Shown here piece by piece: positions 36,666-46,906 of a stretch of 64,000 bases of DNA. The notes under the pieces were generated by a model. That model was not told where the DNA came from. It saw only the letters and a list, made by a program, of their open reading frames with translations, and did no database searches. How positions within the stretch are numbered: the stretch's first letter is position 1; each line of letters starts with the position of its first letter. Source of the DNA: Caldisericota bacterium (GTDB lineage Bacteria; Caldisericota; JANLFM01). The stretch is taken from contig JANLFM010000004.1 in assembly GCA_024655865.1 (NCBI GenBank), positions 19,040 to 83,039 on the forward strand, written 5' to 3'. The translations under genes were made by a program, and so were the position numbers.

Positions 36666-37563
36666 AACTCGCCTGGGAAAATTAATTTTGCCTAATCCGG
36701 TGATGGTGGCCTCGGGCACATACGGCTGGGGGGAAGAGGCAGCTCTGCTATTAGACCTCGACCAGCTTGGTGCCTTCGTCACGAAGACCGTCACTTTAAA
36801 GCCCCGCCTGGGAAACCCGCCCCCTCGTATCTGGGAGACCCCTGCCGGGCTGCTCAACTCCATTGGCCTCCAGAACGAGGGCTTGAAGGTTTTTTTAAAA
36901 AAAGCGCTCCCTATTTTTGAGCGCTTTCGGGTTCCTTTGATTGTGAGTATCGCCGGGGAAAGCGTGGAGGAGTACCTGGCCCTCGCGGAGGCCCTGGAGG
37001 ACGAGCATAGAGTAAATGCTTTGGAGATCAATGTCTCCTGTCCCAACGTGAAGGAGGGAATGCTTTTTGGAACAAGCCCGCGCTTGACCGCGGAATTGGT
37101 GAGAAACTTGCGCCGAGCCACCTCTAAAACCCTGATCGTGAAACTCACCCCGAATACGGGAGAAATTAAAGAGGTAGCGCAGGCCGCAGAAAACGAAGGG
37201 GCAGACGCCCTCTCTTTAGTGAACACCTTCTTGGGGATGGCCATTGATCTTCGAACCAGGCGCTCCCGTCTCTCCACCCTTTTTGGGGGCCTCTCGGGGC
37301 CAGCTATCAAGCCCCTAGCCCTGCGCTATGTTTTTGAAGTCTATCGAGCGGTAAAGGTCCCGATCATCGGCATGGGAGGGATTACGAGCGGCGAGGATGC
37401 CCTGGAATTCATCATTGCCGGGGCCTCGGCGATAGCCGTGGGGAGCGCTTCCTTCCGGAGGCCTGATGCCCCACTCCAAGTATTGAGGGAGTTAACCTCG
37501 CTTTTTGAGGAATTGGGAGTTAAAAGCCTCAAAGAAATAAAAGGGAGTTTCCAGTATGAGTGA
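36655..37563 (+). CDS. pyrD: Dihydroorotate dehydrogenase family 1B
   Basis: NPVMVASG, NVSCPN, KLTPN and GGLSGPAIKP motifs. Likely CTG start at 36655 after GGAGGTG. Confidence 0.93.
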   Translation: MNLETRLGKLILPNPVMVASGTYGWGEEAALLLDLDQLGAFVTKTVTLKPRLGNPPPRIWETPAGLLNSIGLQNEGLKVFLKKALPIFERFRVPLIVSIAGESVEEYLALAEALEDEHRVNALEINVSCPNVKEGMLFGTSPRLTAELVRNLRRATSKTLIVKLTPNTGEIKEVAQAAENEGADALSLVNTFLGMAIDLRTRRSRLSTLFGGLSGPAIKPLALRYVFEVYRAVKVPIIGMGGITSGEDALEFIIAGASAIAVGSASFRRPDAPLQVLRELTSLFEELGVKSLKEIKGSFQYE

Positions 37564-38449
37564 GAACTTCGCGGATTTCTTGCTTGATTCTATAAGAAAG
37601 AAGGGCTCTGTCCTCTGTCTCGGAATGGATCCAGTCCTGGAGCATTTTCCCCCCGATCTTTCGGGCCTTCCCCCAAAACGGGCCCTTTATAGCTTCGTCA
37701 TGGAAATTATGGAGAGCGTCCAGGACTTGACCCCGGTAATCAAATTTCAGATTGCCTGCTTTGAGCGCTACGGAAGTGAAGGAATAAGGATTCTGGAAGA
37801 GGCATTGAGGAAAGCCCAAAAGAGCGGGATCATCACGATCCTCGATGGCAAACGAGGGGACATTGGCTCCACTTCGGAACAGTATGCCCTGGCCTACTTC
37901 TCTCAGCAAGCACCCCTGCCCGCGGATGCAGTCACTTTGAACCCGTATCTGGGCCGGGATTCACTGGAGCCCTTCTTCCCCTTCTTCAAATTAAGAAAGG
38001 GAGCCTTTGTGCTCCTGCGCACCTCCAATCCCTCCGCCCGCGAAGTTCAGGATTTAAAGGTTGAAAGCGGCCCTCTTTATTTGGAAGTGGCCAAACTGGT
38101 TAAGGAATGGGGGAAACCGTTCCTCGGGAAATTTGGCTACAGCTCCCTGGGAGCTGTAGTGGGCGCCACTTACCCGGAAGAGCTTTCTCTACTTCGAGGC
38201 CTCTTTCCGGAAATGTTTTTCCTCGTTCCTGGATATGGAGCGCAAGGAGCAACGGAGAAGGAAGTGGCCTCAGCTTTTGACACTCGTGGGGAAGGAGCGA
38301 TTGTGAACTCCTCCCGCCAGTTAATCTACGCTTACAAGCGCTCCCCTTATTGTGAAATGGGGGTAAAATTCGGGGAGGCAGCGCGCCTGGCATACCTTGA
38401 TGCTCGAGAAAAATTAAATTTGGCCATTAAAGAAAGGGTGAAAAAATGA
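37556..38449 (+). CDS. pyrF: Orotidine-5'-phosphate decarboxylase
   Basis: DGKRGDIGST, NPYLG, VVGAT and PGYGAQG motifs. Confidence 0.93.
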   Translation: MSENFADFLLDSIRKKGSVLCLGMDPVLEHFPPDLSGLPPKRALYSFVMEIMESVQDLTPVIKFQIACFERYGSEGIRILEEALRKAQKSGIITILDGKRGDIGSTSEQYALAYFSQQAPLPADAVTLNPYLGRDSLEPFFPFFKLRKGAFVLLRTSNPSAREVQDLKVESGPLYLEVAKLVKEWGKPFLGKFGYSSLGAVVGATYPEELSLLRGLFPEMFFLVPGYGAQGATEKEVASAFDTRGEGAIVNSSRQLIYAYKRSPYCEMGVKFGEAARLAYLDAREKLNLAIKERVKK

Positions 38450-39030
38450 ATAAGGATGAACTTTTAGAAACGCTCTATCGCACAGGGGCACTGCAACAGG
38501 GGCACTTTTTGCTTTCCTCTGGATTGCATTCCGATCGCTACGTGCAGTGTGCCCTGCTCCTCCAGTATCCCGGCATTTCCTCCAGGGTAGGGGAAGAGCT
38601 GGCAGAACTTTTTTCTGACCTCCAGGTAGAGACGGTCATTGGACCGGCAATGGGTGGAATTATTATCGTTTACGAGGTGGCCAGGCACCTGAAGAAAAGG
38701 GCGATCTTCACCGAAAGGGAGCAGGGGAAGATGGTCTTGAGAAGAGGGTTCTCTCTGGAGCCCGAGGAACCGGTGCTCGTGATTGAGGACGTAATCACCA
38801 CTGGCGGATCGGTTCTCGAGGTGATTGACGTCTGCCACGCTTTCCGGGCAAAAGTTATGGGGGTCGGTTCCATTATCGACCGCAGCATTAAATCATTGGA
38901 TCTGGGAGTGCCCCTGAAATCGCTTTTAAGGCTGGAAATCCAGACCTGGAAAAGGGAAGAGTGCCCCTTATGCCAGCAGGGGATTAAGCTGGTGAAACCA
39001 GGAAGTCGGGAAATCCCTCTTTCCTTCTGA
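38446..39030 (+). CDS. pyrE: Orotate phosphoribosyltransferase
   Basis: GHFLLSSGLHS and IEDVITTGGS motifs. Confidence 0.93.
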   Translation: MNKDELLETLYRTGALQQGHFLLSSGLHSDRYVQCALLLQYPGISSRVGEELAELFSDLQVETVIGPAMGGIIIVYEVARHLKKRAIFTEREQGKMVLRRGFSLEPEEPVLVIEDVITTGGSVLEVIDVCHAFRAKVMGVGSIIDRSIKSLDLGVPLKSLLRLEIQTWKREECPLCQQGIKLVKPGSREIPLSF

Positions 39031-39151
39031 GCCCTTCAGGACTATCTCTTCCCGGAAGGGAAATCGTTCACCTTATCCGGGGGACGGAGCTTGATAATGA
39101 AGGCAGCATCCTTGCTCCTTCTTAAAAGCGGAGGGGCGTGTTAATATTTAA

Positions 39152-39535
39152 ATGATGAGAGCAAGGGCTTTCCAGAATATTTTTGCTCTTTTTATCCTGG
39201 CTGGAGCTCTGGTTTTTGGCTTCCTGCCAAGAAGCGATTTGTTTCCTATCAAGGTGGACATTTACATTCAGGGTGACACTTTCACCTTCCGAGAGATCGA
39301 GAGCGATTTCGAGGAGGGGGTCCGTGCCCTGGACATCGTTGTGGACAACAGCTTTTCGGCCTCGGCCTTTTACGGGGATCTGCTCCTCACGCCAGGCCAA
39401 CACTACCTCGTCTTTCATTACAAGTACCGGGGGGAACTTCTGGATAGCCGTGATTTGAACTTAGAGCCTTCCGGACATAGCGCCATCAGGGTTGACCTCA
39501 ACCGCACGAGCATTCTCAACGTGGAGGCGAAATAG
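39152..39535 (+). CDS. Hypothetical protein with N-terminal signal/TM segment
   Basis: ORF with a hydrophobic N-terminus, tightly linked to the rhomboid gene. Confidence 0.6.
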   Translation: MMRARAFQNIFALFILAGALVFGFLPRSDLFPIKVDIYIQGDTFTFREIESDFEEGVRALDIVVDNSFSASAFYGDLLLTPGQHYLVFHYKYRGELLDSRDLNLEPSGHSAIRVDLNRTSILNVEAK

Positions 39536-39536
39536 C

Positions 39537-40205
39537 ATGGTGCTTCCCATCTATGATTTAAACAGAAGAAGGTCCTTTCCCTTTATCACTCTGACGCTGA
39601 TTGCCTCTTGCATAATAGTTTTTATCTACCAGCTCACCCTGGGGCTCTCTTCTGAGGAGGGCAACCGTTTTGTGACGCTCTACGGGGCGGTCCCCGCATT
39701 GATCCTTCAGGGACAGAACATCTCCTCCATCTTCAGCTCCATGTTCCTGCACGGTGGCTGGCTCCATCTGATCGGAAATATGTTTTTCCTCTGGGTTTTT
39801 GGCGACAACGTGGAAGATTTCCTGGGACCTGTGCGCTACACCCTTTTCTACTTGCTCTCTGGAGTTGCTGCAGCCTACAGCTACGTTCTCTTCTCAGGGA
39901 ACTACCCCTATACACCCATGATTGGAGCCTCTGGGGCGATATCCGGGGTCATGGGAGCTTACATTTATTTCTTCCCCAGAGCACCGATAATCACGCTGAT
40001 TCCCCTGGGAATTTTCTCAAGGGTGATCCCCCTTCCTGCCTGGATCTACCTCTTAATCTGGTTCGGCTCGCAGTTCCTGATCGCTCCTTCGGAAGGCGTT
40101 GCGGTTCAGGCCCACATTGGAGGTTTCCTGGCCGGAATTGCTCTGGCGATCATCTTTAGCTTAGGTAAACGCCCCACCCCATCCGGGGGTCAGGTCTTGC
40201 AATAA
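39537..40205 (+). CDS. Rhomboid intramembrane serine protease
   Basis: HGGWLHLIGNM, GASG and AHIGG motifs. Its stop codon lies within the repeat element. Confidence 0.9.
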   Translation: MVLPIYDLNRRRSFPFITLTLIASCIIVFIYQLTLGLSSEEGNRFVTLYGAVPALILQGQNISSIFSSMFLHGGWLHLIGNMFFLWVFGDNVEDFLGPVRYTLFYLLSGVAAAYSYVLFSGNYPYTPMIGASGAISGVMGAYIYFFPRAPIITLIPLGIFSRVIPLPAWIYLLIWFGSQFLIAPSEGVAVQAHIGGFLAGIALAIIFSLGKRPTPSGGQVLQ

Positions 40206-40462
40206 CACATTTGCTTTTTTCGGCATTCTATGCGCTCTGGGGAGATGCCTTCGGGTGCTTTTAATACTGCCGTAGCGGCCCTCTTTCACCTCTTTTTCAA
40301 TGGAAATTTCCATAAACCTCTATGGCCTGCCCTTTGAGCCTGAAATAGAAGGCAGAAGCTCATGAGCCATTAAACCAATATTTGAAACATAGCCCCTTTT
40401 TAGCCTGAAAACGAAGCAGAAGCCCGTCGAAATTAAAATGTTGGATTGCAAGACCTGACCCC
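40186..40462. mobile_element. 277-bp non-autonomous inverted-repeat element, copy A
   Basis: Ends GGGGTCAGGTCTTGCAAT ... ATTGCAAGACCTGACCCC; the interior is homologous to copy B. Confidence 0.8.
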
Positions 40463-40523
40463 GGAGCTTGACAGTGGCACTCGATAAACCTATGCTATTT
40501 TTGCACTTCAAAAAAGGGGGTAA

Positions 40524-41882
40524 GTGGAACAAATGAGAGGGAAGTGGAAAGTTTTACTGGTTTTGGTTTCTCTCCTCGCTATTACAGCTATGATCGCCAG
40601 TTGTGCTGCTCCTACGCCAAGCCCTACACCCACCGCGACTTCTCCTACGCCCACACCGACTTCTCCACCGCCAGAAGTTAATGCGCTTACGGTCTATCAC
40701 TGGTGGACCTCGGGCGGAGAGAAAGCGGCAATTGATGCCCTTGTTAAAGTTTTCGCCACAAAGTATCCCGATGTAGCAATTATGCAGACTCCTGTAACAG
40801 GGGGCGCAGGCTTTACCATGATGGGCATCATTAAGACCCTGGTCTTAGCAGGGGATGCTCCAGATGCCTTTCAGATGCATGCTGGATACGAGGGCAAGCC
40901 CTATTTCGACGCCGGCCTTCTTGACCCCATAGATGATCTCTGGAAAGAAGAGGGCCTGGAAGCCGTAATACCTGAAGTGGTCAGGCACATGTGCCAGTTC
41001 GATGGGCATTATTACTCTGTGCCCGTGAACATTCACAGGGTAAACGTCGTCTGGTACAACAAATCCCTTCTGGATAAAAACGGGATTGACCCCACCACTT
41101 TAACCACCTGGGACGCCTTCTTTGCTGCCTGCGACAAGCTAAAAGCTGCAGGCGTCCAGTATCCCATTCAAATGGGTGAAGCCTGGACGGCCGCTCACGC
41201 TTTTGAACAAATTGTGGCCAGCATGGGCATAGACTTCTATCAGGATTGGATCAACGGCAAGATAACCGCTGCGGATGATCCCAAGCTGACGCAGGCTCTG
41301 GAAATCTTCAAAAAGTACCTGAGCTACGTTAACCCCGATCATGCTGCTTTAACCTGGGATGACGCCACAAAGAGGATCATCACCGGGGAAGGCGCCTTCA
41401 ACATTATGGGTGACTGGGCCAACGGAGAATTTTACGTTGCCAAGATGACGTACGGCGAAGATTACGGAACATTCGCGGTGCCCGGAACTGAGGGGATGTA
41501 CGGCCTCTGCATCGATGTTTTCCAGCATCCCAAGGGGGTAAAGCACCCCACCAACTCCCTGCGATGGCTTAAGGTGGTAGCCTCCAAGGAGGGGCAGGAC
41601 GCCTTTAACCCTATCAAGGGTTCCATCGCTGCCCGGACAGATGCCGATATCTCTAAGTACGGTCCTTACCAGCAATCCGCTATTGCGGACTTCAAAGTAG
41701 CCAAATACATGTTCCCCAGCGTGGTCCACGGGAGCGGAGCCCCAGAGTCCTTCAAGGTTAAGCTGTCCGACATCATCTCTGGGTTTACCACCGACTTAGA
41801 CGTGAATAAGGCAGCACAGGCCCTGACCAGCTATACCAAGGAGATCTCCGGCGAATACACCATTCAGTGGTCAATTAAATAG
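40524..41882 (+). CDS. Sugar ABC transporter substrate-binding lipoprotein (glucose/mannose-like)
   Basis: Lipobox IASC, PT linker, HWWTSGGE and MGDW motifs. Promoter TTGACA-17-TATGCT at 40468-40496. Confidence 0.88.
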   Translation: MEQMRGKWKVLLVLVSLLAITAMIASCAAPTPSPTPTATSPTPTPTSPPPEVNALTVYHWWTSGGEKAAIDALVKVFATKYPDVAIMQTPVTGGAGFTMMGIIKTLVLAGDAPDAFQMHAGYEGKPYFDAGLLDPIDDLWKEEGLEAVIPEVVRHMCQFDGHYYSVPVNIHRVNVVWYNKSLLDKNGIDPTTLTTWDAFFAACDKLKAAGVQYPIQMGEAWTAAHAFEQIVASMGIDFYQDWINGKITAADDPKLTQALEIFKKYLSYVNPDHAALTWDDATKRIITGEGAFNIMGDWANGEFYVAKMTYGEDYGTFAVPGTEGMYGLCIDVFQHPKGVKHPTNSLRWLKVVASKEGQDAFNPIKGSIAARTDADISKYGPYQQSAIADFKVAKYMFPSVVHGSGAPESFKVKLSDIISGFTTDLDVNKAAQALTSYTKEISGEYTIQWSIK

Positions 41883-41894
41883 GTGAAGGTTTCC

Positions 41895-41928
41895 AAAGGA
41901 GGGGGGAGTACTCCCCCCTCCTTTTTTT
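41895..41928 (+). terminator. GC hairpin with U-tract after the SBP gene
   Basis: AAAGGAGGGGGGAGT/ACTCCCCCCTCCTTT followed by a T run. Confidence 0.75.
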
Positions 41929-41934
41929 CTAAAG

Positions 41935-42825
41935 ATGACGGTTTCCTGGAAGGCTTTCAAAGATAGAATATTAACGATAACCCTTTTCCTGCCCGCCCTA
42001 GTCCTTGTAGGGTATTTTGTCTACTTCAGTATAGGCTGGAATATAGTTGTTTCTCTTTCAGACTGGAAGGGCCTTGTCCCCAGTTATCGCATTGTAGGTT
42101 TTTCTCAATACCTCAAGCTTATAAGTGACCCAGTATTTCTCATCTCGCTGAAGAATAACCTGATTTTAATGGCCCTTTTTGTCCCCGGAAGCCTGGCTCT
42201 GGGACTGTTCCTGGCCATTCTTCTCGATCAAAAGGTAAGGTTTGAGGCGAGCTTCAGGGCCATTTACTTGCTTCCTTTCACCCTCTCCTTCGTGATTACC
42301 GGTTATCTCTGGCGCTGGATGTACAACCCGACCATAGGGGTGATCAATACAATTCTGGATAAAACCGGGCTGGGTTTTTTAAAGAGCGGGTGGATCACCG
42401 ACCCCAACATCGCACTTTATTGCGTAGTTCTCGCTCTGATCTGGCAATTCGCGGGATATACGATGCTCATTTTTCTCGCAGGGATCCGGTCCATTCCTGA
42501 ATCGCACATTATGGCTGCCCAAGTTGACGGGGCCTCGGGATTTTACCTATATAGAAGAATCATCATCCCTCAAATTAAATTTTCCTTCTTCACGGCTTTC
42601 GTAATCCTTATGGTTTTTGCCCTGAAAGCCTTTGACTTCATTTATATTCTTACTTCCGGTGGTCCCGGCTATGCCACGGAAATTCTCCCCCTGACTATGT
42701 ACAAGGAAAGCTTCGCTATGACGCACTTTGCCTACGGATCGGCCATCGCCTCCCTCTTGTTCTTTCTGGTGATGATGATCGTGGTCCCTTACCTTTTGCG
42801 CACCTATTGGAGGCAAGAGAAATGA
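41935..42825 (+). CDS. Sugar ABC permease
   Basis: EAA-like AAQVDGAS loop; multiple transmembrane helices. Confidence 0.9.
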   Translation: MTVSWKAFKDRILTITLFLPALVLVGYFVYFSIGWNIVVSLSDWKGLVPSYRIVGFSQYLKLISDPVFLISLKNNLILMALFVPGSLALGLFLAILLDQKVRFEASFRAIYLLPFTLSFVITGYLWRWMYNPTIGVINTILDKTGLGFLKSGWITDPNIALYCVVLALIWQFAGYTMLIFLAGIRSIPESHIMAAQVDGASGFYLYRRIIIPQIKFSFFTAFVILMVFALKAFDFIYILTSGGPGYATEILPLTMYKESFAMTHFAYGSAIASLLFFLVMMIVVPYLLRTYWRQEK

Positions 42826-43646
42826 CTCGCCCCCGGGTCAGTCGCTTTTTCCTGTACCTGATTCTGATTTTCTTCGTCATCCTCTTCCTTCTCCCCCTGT
42901 GGAGCGCCCTGGTGACCGCCCTGAAAACCGAGCAGGACCTGATCTATACCACTCCTATAGAACCGCCTAAAGATCCCACCCTGGAGCCCCTGAAAACCAC
43001 ACTGTCCATAATGGGTCGTCCCCTTTTAAACAGCTTGACCTTCACTTTGGGAGCAACTCTCCTTTCTTGCCTTTTTGGTTCTATTGCAGGATACGTTTTG
43101 ACCAAAATCAGGTTCCCGGGTTCCGGTATTATTTTTGCTTTGATCATTCTGGGCATTTTTATCCCCTATCAGGCAGTCCTCGTGCCTTTAGTGTTGACTA
43201 TGGTCAGGCTCGGCCTCTACAACACCATATGGGGACTGATTTTGACCCATACAGCCTACGGGATACCAATTTGCACCCTGCTTTTCCGGTCCTTTTATGA
43301 GGATATTCCCGACAGCCTGGTTCGAGCCGCACAAATAGACGGGGCCGGCACCTGGACTATATACAGGCGAGTGATACTTCCCCTATCCTGGCTTCCTTTC
43401 GCAGTGGCTGCGGTCTTCCAATTCACCTCTATCTGGAACGACCTGTTAATTGGCCTGGTCCTTTCCCGGGGGATTGAGGCTATGCCTGCATCTGTGGCTT
43501 TAGCGAATCTCAAGGGTGGCTTTGTCGCTCTCTGGAATTTACAGATGGCAGGCACGCTCTGGTATGCTCTACCCGCTTTGATTATTTATTTCGTTTTAGG
43601 AAAATATTTGATAAAGGGATATATGGCTGGAGCGATCAAGGGCTAA
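42807..43646 (+). CDS. Sugar ABC permease
   Basis: AAQIDGA loop and WND motif. The start may instead be the ATG at 42822. Confidence 0.9.
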   Translation: MEAREMTRPRVSRFFLYLILIFFVILFLLPLWSALVTALKTEQDLIYTTPIEPPKDPTLEPLKTTLSIMGRPLLNSLTFTLGATLLSCLFGSIAGYVLTKIRFPGSGIIFALIILGIFIPYQAVLVPLVLTMVRLGLYNTIWGLILTHTAYGIPICTLLFRSFYEDIPDSLVRAAQIDGAGTWTIYRRVILPLSWLPFAVAAVFQFTSIWNDLLIGLVLSRGIEAMPASVALANLKGGFVALWNLQMAGTLWYALPALIIYFVLGKYLIKGYMAGAIKG

Positions 43647-43647
43647 T

Positions 43648-43673
43648 GGGGTCAGGTCTTGCAATCCAACAAT
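43648..43673 (+). repeat. Solo GGGGTCAGGTCTTGCAATCCAACAATT repeat
   Basis: Matches the element termini. Confidence 0.85.
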
Positions 43674-43704
43674 TTCAGAGGACTGGAGCGATTAAGAGTT
43701 AAAA

Positions 43705-44820
43705 ATGGCGAGCGTAATCATTAAGAACCTGAAAAAAAGATACGGCAAATCCGAGGCCGTGGACAATTTAAACCTGGAAATCAGGGATGGAGAGTTTTTT
43801 GTCCTTCTTGGTCCGTCTGGTTGTGGCAAGACGACAACCCTGCTTTCTATCGCCGGGTTGATTACTCCTGACGAAGGGGAAATCTGGTTAGGAGAAGAGC
43901 TGGTAACCTCAAAAGAAAAGAGGAGTTTCCTTCGTCCTCAGGAACGTGATGTGGCCATGGTTTTCCAGGATTACGCTATCTACCCCCACCTGACCGTTTT
44001 TAGAAATATTTCTTTTCCTCTGGAAGTGAGAGGGATGAGCAAAGAGATAATAGAGAAAAAGGTCAGGGAAGTGGCCGAAAGCCTGGGCATTGCAAGCCTG
44101 CTTTCCCGAAAACCGGCACAGCTCTCAGGTGGTCAAAGGCAAAGGGTGGCCCTGGCCCGGGCCATCGTGAGGGAGCCCAAAGTTTTCCTCATGGATGAGC
44201 CGCTGTCTAATCTTGACGCCAAGCTTAGAGTGTCTGCCAGGGCTGAATTAAAAAAATTACACGAGAGAATTAAAACAACGATCATCTACGTCACCCATGA
44301 TCAGGTAGAAGCTATGTCCATTGGGGACCGTATTGCTATTTTAAACAATGGGCGCCTTGAGCAGGTGGGAACCCCTCGGGAAGTCTATGACCGCCCCGCC
44401 AATATTTTTGTGGCCTCATTCATCGGCAGCCCGCCCATGAATTTCTTTGAGGGCCTCATCCGGGGGCAAGACGAGAAGATTGTGCTGGATTTAGGTTTTA
44501 CCTCCATAGAGCTTCCCGAAAGAATCAAGAAGGCCATAAGAGAGAACGGGCTTTCTCAGGTAACGGTTGGCATCCGACCGGAACACGTAGAAATCGTAAA
44601 AGAAAGGGGAGCCAAAGGCTTAATTGAAGCCAAAATTGACGTCATAGAGCTCGTGGGAAAAGAGTTTATAGTGCACCTGGACCTTGACAGATGGTCCATA
44701 GTTTCCGTAACCAGTGCCAACCTGGATCTGGTTGCGGGGGAAAAGGTGGGGCTTTTCCTGGACATAAACAGGATGCACTTTTTTGAGAGTCAAACCGGAA
44801 AGGCCCTTTCCACTTCTTAA
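43705..44820 (+). CDS. Sugar ABC ATPase (MalK/MsmX-like)
   Basis: GPSGCGKT, LSGGQRQR and DEPLSNLDAK motifs. Confidence 0.92.
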   Translation: MASVIIKNLKKRYGKSEAVDNLNLEIRDGEFFVLLGPSGCGKTTTLLSIAGLITPDEGEIWLGEELVTSKEKRSFLRPQERDVAMVFQDYAIYPHLTVFRNISFPLEVRGMSKEIIEKKVREVAESLGIASLLSRKPAQLSGGQRQRVALARAIVREPKVFLMDEPLSNLDAKLRVSARAELKKLHERIKTTIIYVTHDQVEAMSIGDRIAILNNGRLEQVGTPREVYDRPANIFVASFIGSPPMNFFEGLIRGQDEKIVLDLGFTSIELPERIKKAIRENGLSQVTVGIRPEHVEIVKERGAKGLIEAKIDVIELVGKEFIVHLDLDRWSIVSVTSANLDLVAGEKVGLFLDINRMHFFESQTGKALSTS

Positions 44821-44841
44821 ACCACTGAAAAAGTGAACCTC

Positions 44842-45118
44842 GGGGTCAGGTCTTGCAATCACACATTTGCTTTTTTCGGCATTCTATGCGTCCTGGGAAT
44901 GTACCTTCAAATACCTTTAATACTGTCATAGCGGGCCTCTTCTTTTTATCAATTGAAAATTTCAATGAGATTCTCCACAGCCAGCCCTTTGTAGACCGAA
45001 ATAGAAGGCAGAAACTCATGAGCCATTAAACTAATATTTGAAACATAGCCCCCTTTTAGCCTGAAAACGAAGCAGAAGCCGGTCGAAATTAAATTGTTGG
45101 ATTGCAAGACCTGACCCC
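44842..45118. mobile_element. 277-bp non-autonomous inverted-repeat element, copy B
   Basis: Same termini, length and orientation as copy A; diverged interior. Confidence 0.8.
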
Positions 45119-45188
45119 GGAAACTACTTTACCTCATCCTCTTAAACTGCTAAATTTACTCCAACTTCCTTTAAACTGAGGAGCGAAG

Positions 45189-46628
45189 ATGGCAGAGGAA
45201 TTTGTTACCGAAATCACAAAAAAATCAGAGGATTTTTCCGAATGGTACGTTCAAATAGTGCGGCGCGCCGAGCTCGCAGATTATAGCCCCTTGAAAGGCT
45301 GCATGGTGATCCGCCCCTATGGCTACACCATCTGGGAGAACATCCAGGACGCTCTGGACAGGCGCCTTAAGGAGACGGGGCACGTCAACGCTTACTTCCC
45401 CCTCTTCATCCCGGAAAGCTTCCTGGCCAAAGAGGCGGAACACGTCAAAGGCTTTGCCCCCCAGGTAGCCTGGGTTACCCAAGGCGGGGACGAAATCCTG
45501 GAAGAACGCTGGGCGGTGAGACCTACTTCCGAGGCCATTATCGGCTATATGTATTCCAAATGGGTGCGCTCCTGGAGGGATCTTCCCATCCTGATCAACC
45601 AGTGGTGCAACATCGTGCGCTGGGAAAAGGTCACGAGACTGTTCTTGCGTACTACCGAGTTCCTCTGGCAGGAGGGGCACACTCTGCATCGCACCCACGA
45701 GGATGCCCTGGAGGAAGTGCTTCGGATTTTGGAGATTTACCGGGATCTCGTAGAAAATGATCTCGCCATCCCGGTGATTACCGGAAAGAAATCTCCCTCT
45801 GAAAAGTTCGCTGGCGCTCTGGATACCTACACCCTTGAGGCGCTGATGCCCGATGGCAAAGCATTGCAGTGTGGCACCTCCCACGATCTCGGTCAGAATT
45901 TCTCCAGGGCTTTTGAAATCACCTTCCTGGATTCTGACGGCCAGGAAAAGCATGCCTGGTCAACTTCCTGGGGGGTATCCACGCGTCTGATCGGTGGTCT
46001 AATCATGGTTCACGGGGATGATTCCGGACTGATCATCCCTCCAAAGATTGCCCCTTATCAGGTGGTGATCGTGCCCATCTTCTACGGTGAAGAGCAAAGC
46101 GCGGTGATTGCCAAGGCCCATGAGCTTAAAGAGATGCTCAAAAAATCCGGAATTCGAGTCAAGGTGGATGACCGGGACGAGTACACCCCTGGTTGGAAAT
46201 TTTCCGAGTGGGAGCTTCGGGGAGTGCCTCTGCGCCTGGAGATTGGGCCCAGAGATCTGGCTTCCAGCGAGGCCGTGCTTGTCCGCCGGGACACTCGGGA
46301 AAAGGTCAAAACTTCCTGGAACGCTCTTCCCCAGCAAACCTCAGAGCTTTTGGAAAGCTTGCATCGCTCGCTCTTTGAAAGGGCGAAAAGTTACAGGGAA
46401 GCAAACACGCATGAGAGCGAAAACTTCGAGGAGTTCAAGGGCATAATTGAAGAGAAGAGAGGGTTTATCCTTTCCCCCTGGTGTGGCAGCGAGGCCTGCG
46501 AAGAGGAAGTGAAAAACCAAACTACAGCAACGATCCGCTGTCTGAAAGAGGAAGGGCCGGAAGGAAAAAAGTGCCTGGTCTGCGGCCAAAAGGCAAAATA
46601 TTTAGCCTATTTTGCCAAATCCTATTAA
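45189..46628 (+). CDS. proS: Prolyl-tRNA synthetase (archaeal/eukaryote-like type)
   Basis: RPTSE, FLRTTEFLWQEGH and SWGVSTR motifs; C-terminal FAKSY. Confidence 0.95.
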   Translation: MAEEFVTEITKKSEDFSEWYVQIVRRAELADYSPLKGCMVIRPYGYTIWENIQDALDRRLKETGHVNAYFPLFIPESFLAKEAEHVKGFAPQVAWVTQGGDEILEERWAVRPTSEAIIGYMYSKWVRSWRDLPILINQWCNIVRWEKVTRLFLRTTEFLWQEGHTLHRTHEDALEEVLRILEIYRDLVENDLAIPVITGKKSPSEKFAGALDTYTLEALMPDGKALQCGTSHDLGQNFSRAFEITFLDSDGQEKHAWSTSWGVSTRLIGGLIMVHGDDSGLIIPPKIAPYQVVIVPIFYGEEQSAVIAKAHELKEMLKKSGIRVKVDDRDEYTPGWKFSEWELRGVPLRLEIGPRDLASSEAVLVRRDTREKVKTSWNALPQQTSELLESLHRSLFERAKSYREANTHESENFEEFKGIIEEKRGFILSPWCGSEACEEEVKNQTTATIRCLKEEGPEGKKCLVCGQKAKYLAYFAKSY

Positions 46629-46906
46629 TCCGGTTTTTCCCCTAAAAGGTTCAAAATCTGGGTTGCGGCTACCGCACCCAAGATCATCCAGAAGAGCAGG
46701 CTGAGGTTGTAAAGCACGGGCAGGTCGATATAGAGCTTGAAGATCACAGCGCAGACGAAGTCCAAAAGGAATGCTCCCAAAATCCCCACAAAGGCAAAAA
46801 GCCAGACTCCTCCTGTGACCCTTTTCACTGAGAGAAACCCGGTGATGATCCCTATCAGGCCACCAACAATGATTATCGCCAGCCAGTGCCAGAAACTGGT
46901 AATCAT
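46625..46906 (-). CDS. Small membrane protein (GlsB/YeaQ/YmgE-like)
   Basis: Three hydrophobic Gly-rich helices with GILGA and ILGA motifs. Confidence 0.6.
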   Translation of the reverse strand: MITSFWHWLAIIIVGGLIGIITGFLSVKRVTGGVWLFAFVGILGAFLLDFVCAVIFKLYIDLPVLYNLSLLFWMILGAVAATQILNLLGEKPD

